Below, piece by piece: positions 1 through 9,715 of a stretch of 58,568 nt of DNA (positions within the stretch are counted from its first letter, which is position 1; every line of letters starts with the position of its first letter). The translations under genes were made by a program, and so were the position numbers. This DNA is from Myxococcales bacterium (GTDB lineage: Bacteria > Myxococcota_A > UBA9160 > SMWR01). The DNA lies in contig JABSQW010000072.1 of NCBI GenBank assembly GCA_013215605.1, positions 1-58,568 of the forward strand, in the 5' to 3' direction. The notes under the pieces were generated by a model. The model had not been told where the DNA came from, searched no databases, and saw only the letters and a list, made by a program, of their open reading frames with translations.

Positions 1-123
1 CACTACATCTGGCTCGTGAAGGCCGACCTCGCAGCGCCCCTCGCCCACGCCGCCGTGCTCGCAACACTCCTCGGCTACCGCGCCCACGTCCACCGCAATC
101 AGACCCGAACGACGACGGGTTGA
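1..123 (+). CDS. msrQ: C-terminal end of MsrQ/YedZ heme-binding membrane subunit (partial, runs off window start)
   Basis: Frame 1 reads HYIWLVKADLAAPLAHAAVLATLLGYR...*, matching the characteristic MsrQ C-terminus (HYxWxVK-D...LLGYR). Confidence 0.75.
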   Translation, partial: HYIWLVKADLAAPLAHAAVLATLLGYRAHVHRNQTRTTTG

Positions 124-149
124 CGCCTCACGAGTCCCCGAAGAAGGAG

Positions 150-521
150 CTAGAGGTGGATCTTGCCCGGCATCGACTGACCCGGCACCACGATGCGCGA
201 CGCCTCCTGGCGCTGTAGCTCGCGCGCTTCCTCGACCATGCGGTCCACGGCGGCAGCGACGCCGTCGGGGAACTGGTCGATCGCCTCCTCGAGCGTCTGA
301 GCGTCGAGCGGACACTGAACCGGAAGCGGTCCGGCCTGGGACATGAGCGTCGTCTGTCCGGAGTACAGCACCGGGCGGCTCGGGTCTGGCGAGCCGTCGG
401 ACTGGATCGGGATCATGCAGCGGATCGTCGCGACCTTGAGATCCGTGTAGATCTCCTCGCGATACAGATTGTTCCGATCGACCGCGATCTCTCTCAACGA
501 AACTTGTTCCGGATCACTCAA
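150..521 (-). CDS. Conserved hypothetical cytoplasmic protein (~123 aa)
   Basis: TTG start at 521 preceded by AAGGAG; protein-like sequence NLYREEIYTDLKVATIR...GPLPVQ...ASRIVVPG. Confidence 0.7.
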   Translation of the reverse strand: MSDPEQVSLREIAVDRNNLYREEIYTDLKVATIRCMIPIQSDGSPDPSRPVLYSGQTTLMSQAGPLPVQCPLDAQTLEEAIDQFPDGVAAAVDRMVEEARELQRQEASRIVVPGQSMPGKIHL

Positions 522-925
522 GAGCTTCTCCTTCTGCGACGCCAAACCCACGACGCCAACCCATTCGCAATGAATTCGCGATCCGAGATGCGACCGCTGG
601 ATCGGATCGGCACGATGCGCCGGGCGCATCGGAGCCGAGAGGCTATCACCTCCCGAAGAACTCTTCATTTTGCGCAAAACCCCAGCCCCGCGCCACCGTC
701 GGGTCCCCCGCTACACTCCGAAGCCCCAGCCCCGGGGGTTCGAAGCCGTGAGAGGCCTACGGCCGGCGCCATTCCTCCCGATGAGTTGAGCACGGGGGAG
801 CGCCTGCGCGAAGAGCGAGCGGCGGTGACGACCCAAGCAGCGAGGTCAGGATCATTCCTTCAGATCGACTCGACGCGGCGACGGCCGAGAAGCCCGACCG
901 AGACTACGCGCGAGACGTCCACACG

Positions 926-2068
926 GTGCGGGTGGACGGGCGGGAGTTCATCCTCGTCGGGACGGCGCACATCTCGCGGGAGTCCACCGACCTCGTCCGA
1001 CGCGTGATCGAGAACGAGCGGCCCGACTGCGTCTGCGTCGAGCTCGACGCTCAGCGATTCGAAGCGCTGTCGCAGAAGAAGCGCTGGAAGAACCTCGACC
1101 TCAAGCAGGTCATCCGCGACAAGCAGCTCTCCGCGCTGCTCGCGAACCTGCTGCTCGCGTCGTTCCAGCGGAAGCTCGGCGGAGATCTCGGCGTCACGCC
1201 CGGAACGGAGCTCCTCGAGGCGACGATCACCGCTGACGAGCTCGACATTCCGGTAGCGCTCTGCGACCGAGACGTCCGCGTGACGCTGCGGCGCGCATGG
1301 GCCTCGATGTCGCTGTGGAACAAGTCGAAGCTGATGGGAACCCTCGCGGTGAGTGTGTTCGAGCGCCCGGAAATCGACGAGAACGAGCTGCGCAAGCTGC
1401 GCGATCAGGACGTCCTCTCCGAGCTGATGAACGAGCTCGGCGAGGAGCTCCCCGGTCTGAAGCGCGTACTCATCGACGAGCGGGACTCCTTCCTCACGCA
1501 GAAGATCAAGCAGGTCGAGGGTGATCGAATCGTCGCCGTGGTCGGTGCCGGTCACGTTCGCGGCATGCAGGCCGCGCTGCGCGAGCAGCGCGACATCGAC
1601 ATCGACGAGATCAACACGATCCCGCCCGTCCGCTCCTTCTACAAGTGGCTCGCGTGGTCGATTCCGGCGCTGATCCTGGGCGCCCTGATGTTCATCGGGC
1701 TCACCAAGGGCGCGGCCGTCGCCGGCGAGAACGCTCTCTTCTGGGTGATCGCCAACGGCATCCCCACGACGATCGGCGCGGCTCTCGCGCTGAGCCATCC
1801 CATTACGATCGCGTGCGCCTTCTTCGTCGCCCCGGTGACGAGCCTCATCCCGGTGATCGGCGCCGGCTACGTGCTCTCGTTCCTGCAGGCGTGGCTGCTG
1901 CCGCCGACGGTGTCCGAATTCGAGAGTGTTGCCGATGACGTCGGCACCTTTCGCCGCTGGTGGAAGAGCCGCCTGCTGCGAATCTTCCTGGTGTTCATCC
2001 TCACCACGTTCGGCAGCATGATCGGGACGTGGGTGGGCGGACTCGAGATCTTTTCGAATCTGTTGTGA
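926..2068 (+). CDS. TraB/GumN (TraB/PrgY-like) family membrane protein; true start may lie ~25 codons upstream
   Basis: Motifs LVGTAHIS, CVELD, LIDERD, VAVVGAGH; hydrophobic C-terminal TM helices. Confidence 0.85.
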   Translation: MRVDGREFILVGTAHISRESTDLVRRVIENERPDCVCVELDAQRFEALSQKKRWKNLDLKQVIRDKQLSALLANLLLASFQRKLGGDLGVTPGTELLEATITADELDIPVALCDRDVRVTLRRAWASMSLWNKSKLMGTLAVSVFERPEIDENELRKLRDQDVLSELMNELGEELPGLKRVLIDERDSFLTQKIKQVEGDRIVAVVGAGHVRGMQAALREQRDIDIDEINTIPPVRSFYKWLAWSIPALILGALMFIGLTKGAAVAGENALFWVIANGIPTTIGAALALSHPITIACAFFVAPVTSLIPVIGAGYVLSFLQAWLLPPTVSEFESVADDVGTFRRWWKSRLLRIFLVFILTTFGSMIGTWVGGLEIFSNLL

Positions 2069-2094
2069 TCCGGCCGGGGTCCCGGCCGCGCGCC

Positions 2095-4029
2095 TCAAGA
2101 ACCCGTCGAGCGGAAGCCGAGCCGCCACCACACCGGGATCAGCCCGAACCCGACCCCAACCAGCATCGCGATCCAGACACCGGGGGACGCCACCCACCAA
2201 ACCGGCGCCGGACTCTCCACGAGCCACGACCCGAGACCCGTGAGCAGCGAGAACATCGAGAGCGAGGCCAGGGCCGTCGCGAGAAGACCGCCTCCGAGCC
2301 GTTTCAGGTCTCGGGCGGGGTCGCGACCGCAACGGCGCGCGACCGGGTGCCAGAAGCCCGGAGGGTGCGCGCGTTCGTAGAACGCATCGAGCGTCGCGTC
2401 ATCTTCGGGAGCGGTGAGGAGCGATGCCGCGACGCCGGCGCACGTCGAGCCGAGCGCCATGAGGAGAAGCCGCAGCGCCTCGAGATCGGACGGAACGCTG
2501 ACCAGGAGGATCGGAGCAAGCAACATCGACGCGCCAATCGCGGCGAGCTCACCCCACGCATTGATGCGCCACCAGAACCAGCGAAGAACCAGCAGCACCC
2601 CCATCCCCGCACCGAGGAGCAAGCTGGCCTGCCAGGCCGCCTGAATCGACGAGAGCTGCGTCATGATGGCGAGGGCTATCGCGAGGACGATGAGGTTCGA
2701 CGCACGGGCTACCCACACGAGCGAGCGTGGCGAGGCCTCGCGACCCCGCCAGGCCCGACAGTAGAAGCGCGCATACAGATCGTTCGTCCAGTACGACGCT
2801 CCCCAGTTGAGGTGCGTGTCGATCGTCGACGCGAGCGCAGCGAGCATGCCGGTGAGCATGATTCCGAGCACGCCGCTCGGCAGCAGCTCCGCCATCCCGC
2901 GCACGAACGTCACTTCGCGGTCGGCTTGCAGCGCCGCCGTGTCGAGCCCCGCGTCTGGTGGAAACAGCACGATCAGACCGAGACCGATCGGCAGCCACAA
3001 CAGACTTCGCAGGACGACCTGGAGCCCGGTAAACACAACGGCCGCGAGCTTCGCGTCGGCGTCGCTTCGACACGCCATGCTGCGTTGCGCGAGGTAGCCG
3101 GTGCCGTCGGCGTTCATCTGAACGAGCCACTGCAGGCCGTAGACGGCGAGCACCGCAAACGTCGCGTCGCGTGCGTGCGACGGCGTGAACGCGAGCATTT
3201 GCGAAGCCGTGATACCAGTAGCTCCGGCATCGGCGTACGTGCCCCGGATCGTCTCCAGCAGCGCACTCATGCCTCCGGCAGCGTCGACCACCACCCACGA
3301 ATACGCGGCGGTACCGACGAACATCAGGCCAAGCTGCGCGATGTCCGTGCGTACGACGCCTCGCAGACCCCCCGTGGTCGAGTACGCGAGAGTCACGGCC
3401 ACGAGCAGGGCGAGCGAGATCAGGTTGTCTGCGGACCGGGTGTACAGCGGCGCCAGTCCCGTGTCGGCGGCCGCGGCGACCGCTCGAGCGAAGGGCACGC
3501 CCACGCTCGTCACGACCGACTCGATTGGCGCGAACACCCCGGGCGGTAGCCAGCTGTGCCACGTGAGGAACGGCTCCGCAATCTCCTTCGCGGCCCAGAG
3601 CACCATCGCGAGCACGGTGCAGTTGAAGACCGTCCCGAAATACACGGCCTTCACCCCTCGCAGGACCGCAGCGGGACGCGAAGCGAAGCGAAGCTCGGCG
3701 AGCTCGGCGTCGGTAACCACTCGCGCGCGGCGCCAACAGGGTGCGAGCACGAAGCCCATCAGCAGGAACGCCACGGCGTAGATCCACATTCGCCAGAGGC
3801 CGAAGATTCCGGCCGTCGCGATCAATCCGGTGACGAGCAGCGGTGTGTCCGCGGCGAACTGCGTCGCCGCCATGCTCGAACCCGCGGACCAACCCGACAG
3901 GCTGCGTCCCGCGAGGAAGTACTCCTCGAGACTCTGCGAGGCTTGGTGACGCGCCCGCCATCCCGATGCGATCGCCCACGCGGCGAAAGCCAGGAGAATC
4001 GTCGAATCGATGAGCGAGAGTCGAGTCAC
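2095..4029 (-). CDS. Sodium:solute symporter (SSS) family transporter
   Basis: EYFLAGRSL, SMAATQFAADTP, GGLRGVVRTD, LAQRSMAC, AALASTIDTHLN; many TM helices. Confidence 0.9.
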   Translation of the reverse strand: MTRLSLIDSTILLAFAAWAIASGWRARHQASQSLEEYFLAGRSLSGWSAGSSMAATQFAADTPLLVTGLIATAGIFGLWRMWIYAVAFLLMGFVLAPCWRRARVVTDAELAELRFASRPAAVLRGVKAVYFGTVFNCTVLAMVLWAAKEIAEPFLTWHSWLPPGVFAPIESVVTSVGVPFARAVAAAADTGLAPLYTRSADNLISLALLVAVTLAYSTTGGLRGVVRTDIAQLGLMFVGTAAYSWVVVDAAGGMSALLETIRGTYADAGATGITASQMLAFTPSHARDATFAVLAVYGLQWLVQMNADGTGYLAQRSMACRSDADAKLAAVVFTGLQVVLRSLLWLPIGLGLIVLFPPDAGLDTAALQADREVTFVRGMAELLPSGVLGIMLTGMLAALASTIDTHLNWGASYWTNDLYARFYCRAWRGREASPRSLVWVARASNLIVLAIALAIMTQLSSIQAAWQASLLLGAGMGVLLVLRWFWWRINAWGELAAIGASMLLAPILLVSVPSDLEALRLLLMALGSTCAGVAASLLTAPEDDATLDAFYERAHPPGFWHPVARRCGRDPARDLKRLGGGLLATALASLSMFSLLTGLGSWLVESPAPVWWVASPGVWIAMLVGVGFGLIPVWWRLGFRSTGS

Positions 4030-4154
4030 GAATTCTGAGCGGCGGAGGACTCACGAACGATAGCGGGAAGGGGTCGCGTTTTCCCTCGACCCCACCACCC
4101 GTTATCCTCTGGATTCGTGCCCACCGCACCTTCTGTGCCCTGCGGACGTTTCCC

Positions 4155-5264
4155 ATGCCCCGGCATCTGACCGTCGCCCACGTCACCGGTGAGTCCGGAT
4201 TCTCGGGCGGCGAGGTACAGGTGTTCCTCCTCATGGAGGGCCTGCGCAAGCGGAGCCACACGAACGTGCTCGTGTGTCCCCTCGGCAGCGCCAGCGACGA
4301 AGAGGCGCGGAGGCGCGGCATCGAGACGCGGCCGGTTCCGCTTCGCAGTGAGTGGTCGCTGCGCGGGGTGCACGGCATCCGGCGTGAGCTTCGCGACATC
4401 GGCCCCGATGTGGTGCATCTCCACACGGGCCGAGCCAACTGGCTCGGCGGACTCGCGGCGTGGCATCTCGATCTGCCGGCCATCACGACCCGCCGCATGG
4501 ACCGTTCCGTCAAACGCAACCTGCGCACCCGCTTCCTCTACGGCTCGTGCGTACACCGTGCCGTCGCGATATCCCACGCCGTGGGCCACCAGCTGATGAG
4601 GGCAGGCGTGCCCGAATCGATGGTCCGGGTCGTGCGCAGCGCAGTGGCCCCCGAGGCCCTGCATCCGCAAAACGGCCGAGAGGCGACGCGGGCGACACTG
4701 GGTCTTGGCGCCGACACGGTGTGTCTGCTCGCCATCGCGTCGCTCGTTCGGCGCAAGGGGATCGACGTCCTCCTGCAGGCCCTGGCCTTGCTCCGCGAGG
4801 CGGGACTACGCCCGGCGCTGTGTGTCGCGGGCGAGGGTCCACAGCGAGCCCGCCTCGAACGCATCACTCGACAGCGCGGATTGTCCGACCAGGTGCGGTT
4901 TCTGGGACAGCGCGATGACACCGCCGACCTCCTCGTGGCGAGCGACCTGTTCGTACTGCCCTCGCGCCAGGAGGGTCTCGGAGTGGCGGCCCTCGAGGCG
5001 ATGGCGCTCGGACGTCCCATCGTGGCATCGCGCGTCGGCGGACTCGCCGAGGTGGTCGACCAGGGCCGCTCGGGCCTGCTCGTGCCGCCAGACGACGCAC
5101 GGGCGCTCGGCGACGCGATCGCCAAACTCGTCGAGGACCGGGGCCTGCGCGAGCGCCTCGGCGCCGCCGGCCCCCCTCGCGTTCGTAAGGACTTCTCCCT
5201 CGACGGGATGGTCGGCGCGTACGAGCGCATCTACGCCGACGTCACGGAAGAGCGGCGCCGCTGA
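4155..5264 (+). CDS. Glycosyltransferase family 4 (GT-B)
   Basis: GFSGGEVQ N-terminus, RKGID, PSRQEGLGVAALEAMALGRPIVASRVGG. Confidence 0.92.
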   Translation: MPRHLTVAHVTGESGFSGGEVQVFLLMEGLRKRSHTNVLVCPLGSASDEEARRRGIETRPVPLRSEWSLRGVHGIRRELRDIGPDVVHLHTGRANWLGGLAAWHLDLPAITTRRMDRSVKRNLRTRFLYGSCVHRAVAISHAVGHQLMRAGVPESMVRVVRSAVAPEALHPQNGREATRATLGLGADTVCLLAIASLVRRKGIDVLLQALALLREAGLRPALCVAGEGPQRARLERITRQRGLSDQVRFLGQRDDTADLLVASDLFVLPSRQEGLGVAALEAMALGRPIVASRVGGLAEVVDQGRSGLLVPPDDARALGDAIAKLVEDRGLRERLGAAGPPRVRKDFSLDGMVGAYERIYADVTEERRR

Positions 5265-6238
5265 TGGACGCTCCCCGGGTGGGGGTGATCGGGGCACGCC
5301 GCCGCCGCCAGGGTCTCGGCCCGTTCGTCGTGCGCGATCTCATCGCCGCGGGTGCGGAGGTTCCGTGCTTCGTCGGAACGAGCGCCGAAACGCTCAAAGA
5401 GACGGCGAGTGCCCTTGCGGTGGATTCGGGCGTCGACGCCCGCGGCTACCTCGACCTTCACGACATGCTCGGCGCCGAGCGCCTCGACGCCCTCGCGGTG
5501 CTCTCCCCTGCGGAGACACACGAGGTGTATCTCGACGCGGCGTCGCGCGCGGGACTCCACGTGCTTTGCGAGAAACCCTTCCTCTGGAAGAGCTGCGTGC
5601 CCGCCGAGCGCGGGCGGGCGATTCTCGACCGCTTTGCCGCGGCAAAGCGCGTGGTGGTCGAGAACTGTCCGTGGCCGTGGACGCTGCCGGCGTGGGCATC
5701 GCTGCATCCCCGACGCCGAAGCGCCGCTCCCTCGACGTTCGAGATGTTCCTCGAGCCCGCTGACAGCGGACTGCAGATGCTCGGCGACTCTCTCCCCCAT
5801 GCCCTCAGTCTCCTGCAGGCGCTCATTCCGGGGAACGCGCCGCGACTCGATCGGGTGCGCTATGAGGGCGATCCGTGGGACGGCCCGATCGTTGCGGCGT
5901 TCCGTTTTCGCAGCGGAGGCCATGCGACACGCTGTCGTGTCGTTCTCTCGCCAAGCGCCGCGCGTCCACGCCGCGCCGGCTTCGTCACCGACGGCCAGCG
6001 CGCCGAGCGCCGGGTCGTGCCCGGTAGCTACGAGATCACTTTTAGCGACGGCGACCGCAGCGTGCCGGTTCCCGATCCCATGCCGCGCCTCGTCGCTGAC
6101 TTCGTCTCTCGCGTCCGACGCAGTACTGTGGAGCGCGAGCGCGCCGAGCGCGCCCGCATTGGGGATCGTCTCCGCCTCCTCGACAACCTCGTGCGTCACT
6201 ATCTCGCCTGCCGGGGCCCCGACCCGCGCGGTGGGTGA
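5264..6238 (+). CDS. Gfo/Idh/MocA family oxidoreductase (divergent)
   Basis: VGVIGA N-terminus, SPAETH, HVLCEKP; start overlaps GT4 stop. Confidence 0.7.
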   Translation: MDAPRVGVIGARRRRQGLGPFVVRDLIAAGAEVPCFVGTSAETLKETASALAVDSGVDARGYLDLHDMLGAERLDALAVLSPAETHEVYLDAASRAGLHVLCEKPFLWKSCVPAERGRAILDRFAAAKRVVVENCPWPWTLPAWASLHPRRRSAAPSTFEMFLEPADSGLQMLGDSLPHALSLLQALIPGNAPRLDRVRYEGDPWDGPIVAAFRFRSGGHATRCRVVLSPSAARPRRAGFVTDGQRAERRVVPGSYEITFSDGDRSVPVPDPMPRLVADFVSRVRRSTVERERAERARIGDRLRLLDNLVRHYLACRGPDPRGG

Positions 6239-7277
6239 TCCCGAGCGCATCCTGGTCCGGCTCCCCACCTGGGTGGGCGACACGGTCATGTCCACGCCCG
6301 CGCTTCGCGCCCTGCGCGCCGCTCATCCGACGGCCGAACTCTGCGTCGAGGGTCGCCCGATGCTCGAGGGGCTGCTCCAGGGGCTCACGACGTTCGACCG
6401 GTTCCTCGCGGACGACCACCGCGGGCTGCGGGGCGCGTGGCGGCGCAGCCAGCAGCTGCGCCGTCCACCTTTCGACTGGGCGGTGCTCCTGCCCGACTCC
6501 GTCCGCGCGGCCGTCGGCCCCTTCCTCGCGGGTGTTCCGCGTCGAGTCGGATACGCGCGCGACGTCCTTCGCCGGGCACTCATCAACGACGCCCTGCCAC
6601 TCCCGCGCGACTCCTCGGGGCGGCGGACCGCCCTTCCGACGGTGGAGCGGTACCTGCGCATCACGCGCCACGTCGGCTGCGCGGACCGCGGCGACGACGT
6701 CGAGCTGGCGGTCGACCCACGCGCAAGAGAGATCGTGGAAACCGAGCTCGCGCGCCTCGGCGTCGGCAGCGGCGAGCGACTGCTCGTGGTCGCGCCGGGT
6801 GCGGGATTCGGTCCCAGCAAGCTCTGGCCCGCCGAGCACTTCGCGGAGGCCTGCACGTCTCTGGCGGCGCGCCGCGGGCTGCGGGCCGTACTCGCCCCCG
6901 CGCCCGCGGAGTGCACCCTCGCCGCGATGATCGCCGGACGCTCGCCGGGCAGCCTCGTCTGGCGCGCCGACGGCTCAGCGACCCTCGCCGCGCTCAAGGC
7001 CCTCGTCGCGCGGTCGGACCTGGTTCTGTCGAACGATACCGGACCGCGTCACGTTGCCGTCGCGCTCGGTGTCCCCGTGGTGGTGCTGATGGGTCCGACG
7101 AATCCACTCCACACCGCCAGCCAGCAGGGACTCCAGCGCGTGCTGCGCGAAGACGTCGAGTGCAGCCCGTGTCAGAAGAGGGTCTGCCCGATCGATCACC
7201 GCTGCATGACGCGACTCACCCCCGATCGCGTGACCGCGGCCGCGGACGAGCTACTGGGATCTGGCTTGGCTGGGTAG
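6231..7277 (+). CDS. waaF: Lipopolysaccharide heptosyltransferase II (GT9)
   Basis: RLPTWVGDTVMSTP, APGAGFGPSKLWP, SNDTGPRHVAVALGVP, CSPC...CPIDHRCM. Confidence 0.85.
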   Translation: MGDPERILVRLPTWVGDTVMSTPALRALRAAHPTAELCVEGRPMLEGLLQGLTTFDRFLADDHRGLRGAWRRSQQLRRPPFDWAVLLPDSVRAAVGPFLAGVPRRVGYARDVLRRALINDALPLPRDSSGRRTALPTVERYLRITRHVGCADRGDDVELAVDPRAREIVETELARLGVGSGERLLVVAPGAGFGPSKLWPAEHFAEACTSLAARRGLRAVLAPAPAECTLAAMIAGRSPGSLVWRADGSATLAALKALVARSDLVLSNDTGPRHVAVALGVPVVVLMGPTNPLHTASQQGLQRVLREDVECSPCQKRVCPIDHRCMTRLTPDRVTAAADELLGSGLAG

Positions 7278-7278
7278 C

Positions 7279-7334
7279 GGCGGGCGAAGCCCGCCTGCGA
7301 GCCTTCGCTCGGCATGGCTCGCCGCGCACTTCGC
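7279..7334 (+). repeat. Degenerate copy of REP-like intergenic element
   Basis: GCGGGC-GAA-GCCCGC hairpin followed by CTTCGCTCGGCATGGCTCGCCGCGCACTTCGC, similar to copies at 41297 and 52488; lies between convergent genes. Confidence 0.6.
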
Positions 7335-7343
7335 TGGCTCGAA

Positions 7344-8084
7344 CTACTCGAGCAACCGCTCCCTGAGACTCGCGATTGCGGCGTCGTCGAGGCCCACAGT
7401 GCGCGCGTAGCCCTCCATCGAGCCGTGCCGCTCGCGAATCCCGTCCAGCAGCTCGATCATCGTTTCTGGGTCCGCGTGCAACGTGTCCGGCGGCAGTTCC
7501 TTCCACATGTCGCGGTACCCTCCGGACGCGTTCAGCCGCGCGACGATGGCGTCGAGGTTTTCCCGGGTGGCCGCGTAGTCGAGGACGATGACGTCGTCTT
7601 CGACGCCCAGGATTCCGAGAATCAGCGCCGAGATCACGCCAGTGCGATCCTTGCCGGCCGCGCAGTGGTAGACGAGCGGGCTCTGCGTCCCCGCGATGGT
7701 CGAGAGCACTCTCCCGATCGGCTCTCTCGCCCGCTCGGTCATTCCCAGGTACATCTCCGCAAGGCTCAGCATCTGCGGCGGCTCGAGACGTGTTTCGTCG
7801 CCATCGGCGCCGGCGTCGAAAAGGGGCAGATGATGGAAGTTGATCGCCTCGTGCTGGAGGAGTCCGCGCCCGTCGATCTCGATCTCGCGCGTCGAGCGCA
7901 GATCGATGATCTCTCCCAGCCCCACGTCGTCGCGGAGGTCGGCCACGTCCTTCGGTGTGAGCTGGCCGAGGCTGTCGGCGCGAAACAGCAGCCGCCACTG
8001 AACCGTTCGGCCGTCTGTGGTGGGATATCCCCCCAAATCACGGAAGTTCAGGCACCCTTCGAGATCCACGCGTCGGCTCAGCAT
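7344..8084 (-). CDS. Protein tyrosine/dual-specificity phosphatase (IphP/MptpB-like)
   Basis: NFRDLGGY, IIDLRS, P-loop HCAAGKDRTG; ATG at 8084 with GGAG RBS. Confidence 0.9.
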   Translation of the reverse strand: MLSRRVDLEGCLNFRDLGGYPTTDGRTVQWRLLFRADSLGQLTPKDVADLRDDVGLGEIIDLRSTREIEIDGRGLLQHEAINFHHLPLFDAGADGDETRLEPPQMLSLAEMYLGMTERAREPIGRVLSTIAGTQSPLVYHCAAGKDRTGVISALILGILGVEDDVIVLDYAATRENLDAIVARLNASGGYRDMWKELPPDTLHADPETMIELLDGIRERHGSMEGYARTVGLDDAAIASLRERLLE

Positions 8085-8113
8085 TCGCGCATTCTCCAGG
8101 AAATCGCCCCCCC

Positions 8114-8129
8114 TGTGAAGTAGTTCACT
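8114..8129. promoter_or_regulatory. CRP-type binding site TGTGA-N6-TCACT
   Basis: TGTGAAGTAGTTCACT matches 9/10 of TGTGA-N6-TCACA; divergent intergenic region next to a Crp/Fnr gene. Confidence 0.55.
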
Positions 8130-8182
8130 GAGATCGACCTCGATCTGGGCGAAATCCTCTACTGAACCTGGAGGAAGTACCG

Positions 8183-8374
8183 ATGGCCGCCAAACCCCTG
8201 TCCGAATTTCTGGTCCTGTCATCCCTGATTTGCGGGGTCGTGGGCCTGCTGGTTCTCGGCGGCATGCTGGTGACCGAGGACCTGCCTGCGGCCGGCACGA
8301 CCGCATCGGTTGCGCTCGAAGCGAACGCGGCGCCACAGACCGTCAGCGGAGACGCAGCGCTCGCGAGCTACTAG
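8183..8374 (+). CDS. Small single-TM hypothetical protein (63 aa)
   Basis: Strong GGAGG RBS, one hydrophobic helix, Ala-rich tail; fills the gap between two genes. Confidence 0.55.
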   Translation: MAAKPLSEFLVLSSLICGVVGLLVLGGMLVTEDLPAAGTTASVALEANAAPQTVSGDAALASY

Positions 8375-9081
8375 AGGAAGACCTGCTGCGTGAGCCTCTC
8401 GAGTTCGTCGAAGCGGTGGATCGTGACGTAACCCTTTTCGACGCTGATCACGCCCTGCTGGATCCAGCCCCGCAGCTGCTTGTTGATACTCTCGCGTGTG
8501 GCGCCGACGAGGTCGCCCCACTCCTCTTGCGACATCTTGAGGTTGATGCGTACACCGTCTTGCGTCTCCTCGCCGTGCTCGCGCGCGAACGCCGAGAGCT
8601 TCTTCGCCAACCGAAGGGGCAGGTTCAGGAACTGGGTGTCCTCTACCAGCTCGCTCACGCCTTTGAGCCGCAGCGCCAGGATCTCGAGGAGCGCAACAGC
8701 CGCCTCGGCGTGGCTGCGCAGGAACGCCAGGAAATCGCGGCGGTCGATCACGATGAGCTCGCAGGGCTCCATCGCGACGATCGTCGCCGTGCGCGGCGAC
8801 CCCGTGAGCAGAGCCACCTCGCCGATCACCTCGCCCGGCGTGATGACGTTGAAGACGACGTCGTCGCCGAGCACGGAGGTCGCCAGGACCTTGAGGCGCC
8901 CGTCGACCACGAGATAGACCTGGCTTCCCGGGTCGCCCTTGTGGAACAGCTCTTTCCGCGTCTCGAGTCGCAGTGAGGTCGCGACGCCTGCGAGCGCCTC
9001 CAGATCACCTGGGGCAAGGGGCGCGAACAAGGGCGTCGTGGCGAGGAGTGCCTGCTTGTCCGTACGGGTGACGGTCGGCAT
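8371..9081 (-). CDS. Crp/Fnr family transcriptional regulator (cNMP-binding)
   Basis: LFHKGDPG, GEVALL...PRTATIVA cNMP pocket, HTH SQEEWGDLVGATRESINKQL. Confidence 0.93.
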   Translation of the reverse strand: MPTVTRTDKQALLATTPLFAPLAPGDLEALAGVATSLRLETRKELFHKGDPGSQVYLVVDGRLKVLATSVLGDDVVFNVITPGEVIGEVALLTGSPRTATIVAMEPCELIVIDRRDFLAFLRSHAEAAVALLEILALRLKGVSELVEDTQFLNLPLRLAKKLSAFAREHGEETQDGVRINLKMSQEEWGDLVGATRESINKQLRGWIQQGVISVEKGYVTIHRFDELERLTQQVFL

Positions 9082-9189
9082 GCTGCCAGCATACCGCTTG
9101 ATAGGGTCCCGACGGGCCGAGCCTTCCACCACCCCCCGAACACCCCGCGGGTGCTCAGCTCCGCCCGTCGGCCAGCCGATGAAGATGGC

Positions 9190-9671
9190 GTGGTGAGACG
9201 CGTATCGCGCTGGACCGTATCCGCCGAGCTGGGTGCCCGCACCCCGGAGGCCCTCGTACGCCTCGGGGACCACCGCGTCGAATCCGGAAGATCATCCCGG
9301 TGGGCGTCGGGCGACCCACTCGGGTTTCGACCCTGCATCCGCTGCTCCAGCGGGCGCTCGAGGCGACGCCCCATCCAGTGCCGCGTGTCGACACCGCGCC
9401 GCCCGGGCGTTGCACGGGCAGCGACCGCGGATTTCCCGGTGCCGTTCTCTGGCTGTCGGAAAGTGGCTGTCGCTTCCGTTCGGCCGAACGCCGCAATGAG
9501 GGCGGGTCGCTCCGGCTGCTCTTCGCGCTCCCTCACCGTCGCATGATTTCACCGCACGTTCGCGTCATCGAGCCTCGGGGCGAGGCCGTCGGCCTGCGCT
9601 TCGACGACGCGACCGCACGCTCCCGATTCGCGATCGCCCGGTACGTCGAGGATCGACTCATCGCCCCGTAG
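9190..9671 (+). pseudogene. Degenerate/frameshifted PilZ-domain gene
   Basis: Frame 9300-9671 shows a PilZ-like pattern (PRVDT..., LSESGC, GLRF, terminal helix IARYV) but RxxxR is eroded; no good in-frame start. Confidence 0.45.
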
Positions 9672-9715
9672 CCGCCGGCGGCGGGCCCGACGCCGAGCCC
9701 GCGTGGAGACCCGAC

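Noticed and set aside
730-760. GGGGGTTCGAAGCC resembling a tRNA T-arm
   Set aside because: T-stem does not pair fully and no acceptor, D or anticodon arms can be built.
755-850. Resemblance to ZTP riboswitch (CACGGGGGAGCG) or SRP RNA (AGCAGC, TCAGG)
   Set aside because: Lacks the ZTP 3' GCCTGGGCA element; SRP motifs are in the wrong order.
926-2068. TraB name suggesting a conjugative element
   Set aside because: TraB/GumN family proteins are common chromosomal genes; no conjugation or integrase genes in the window.
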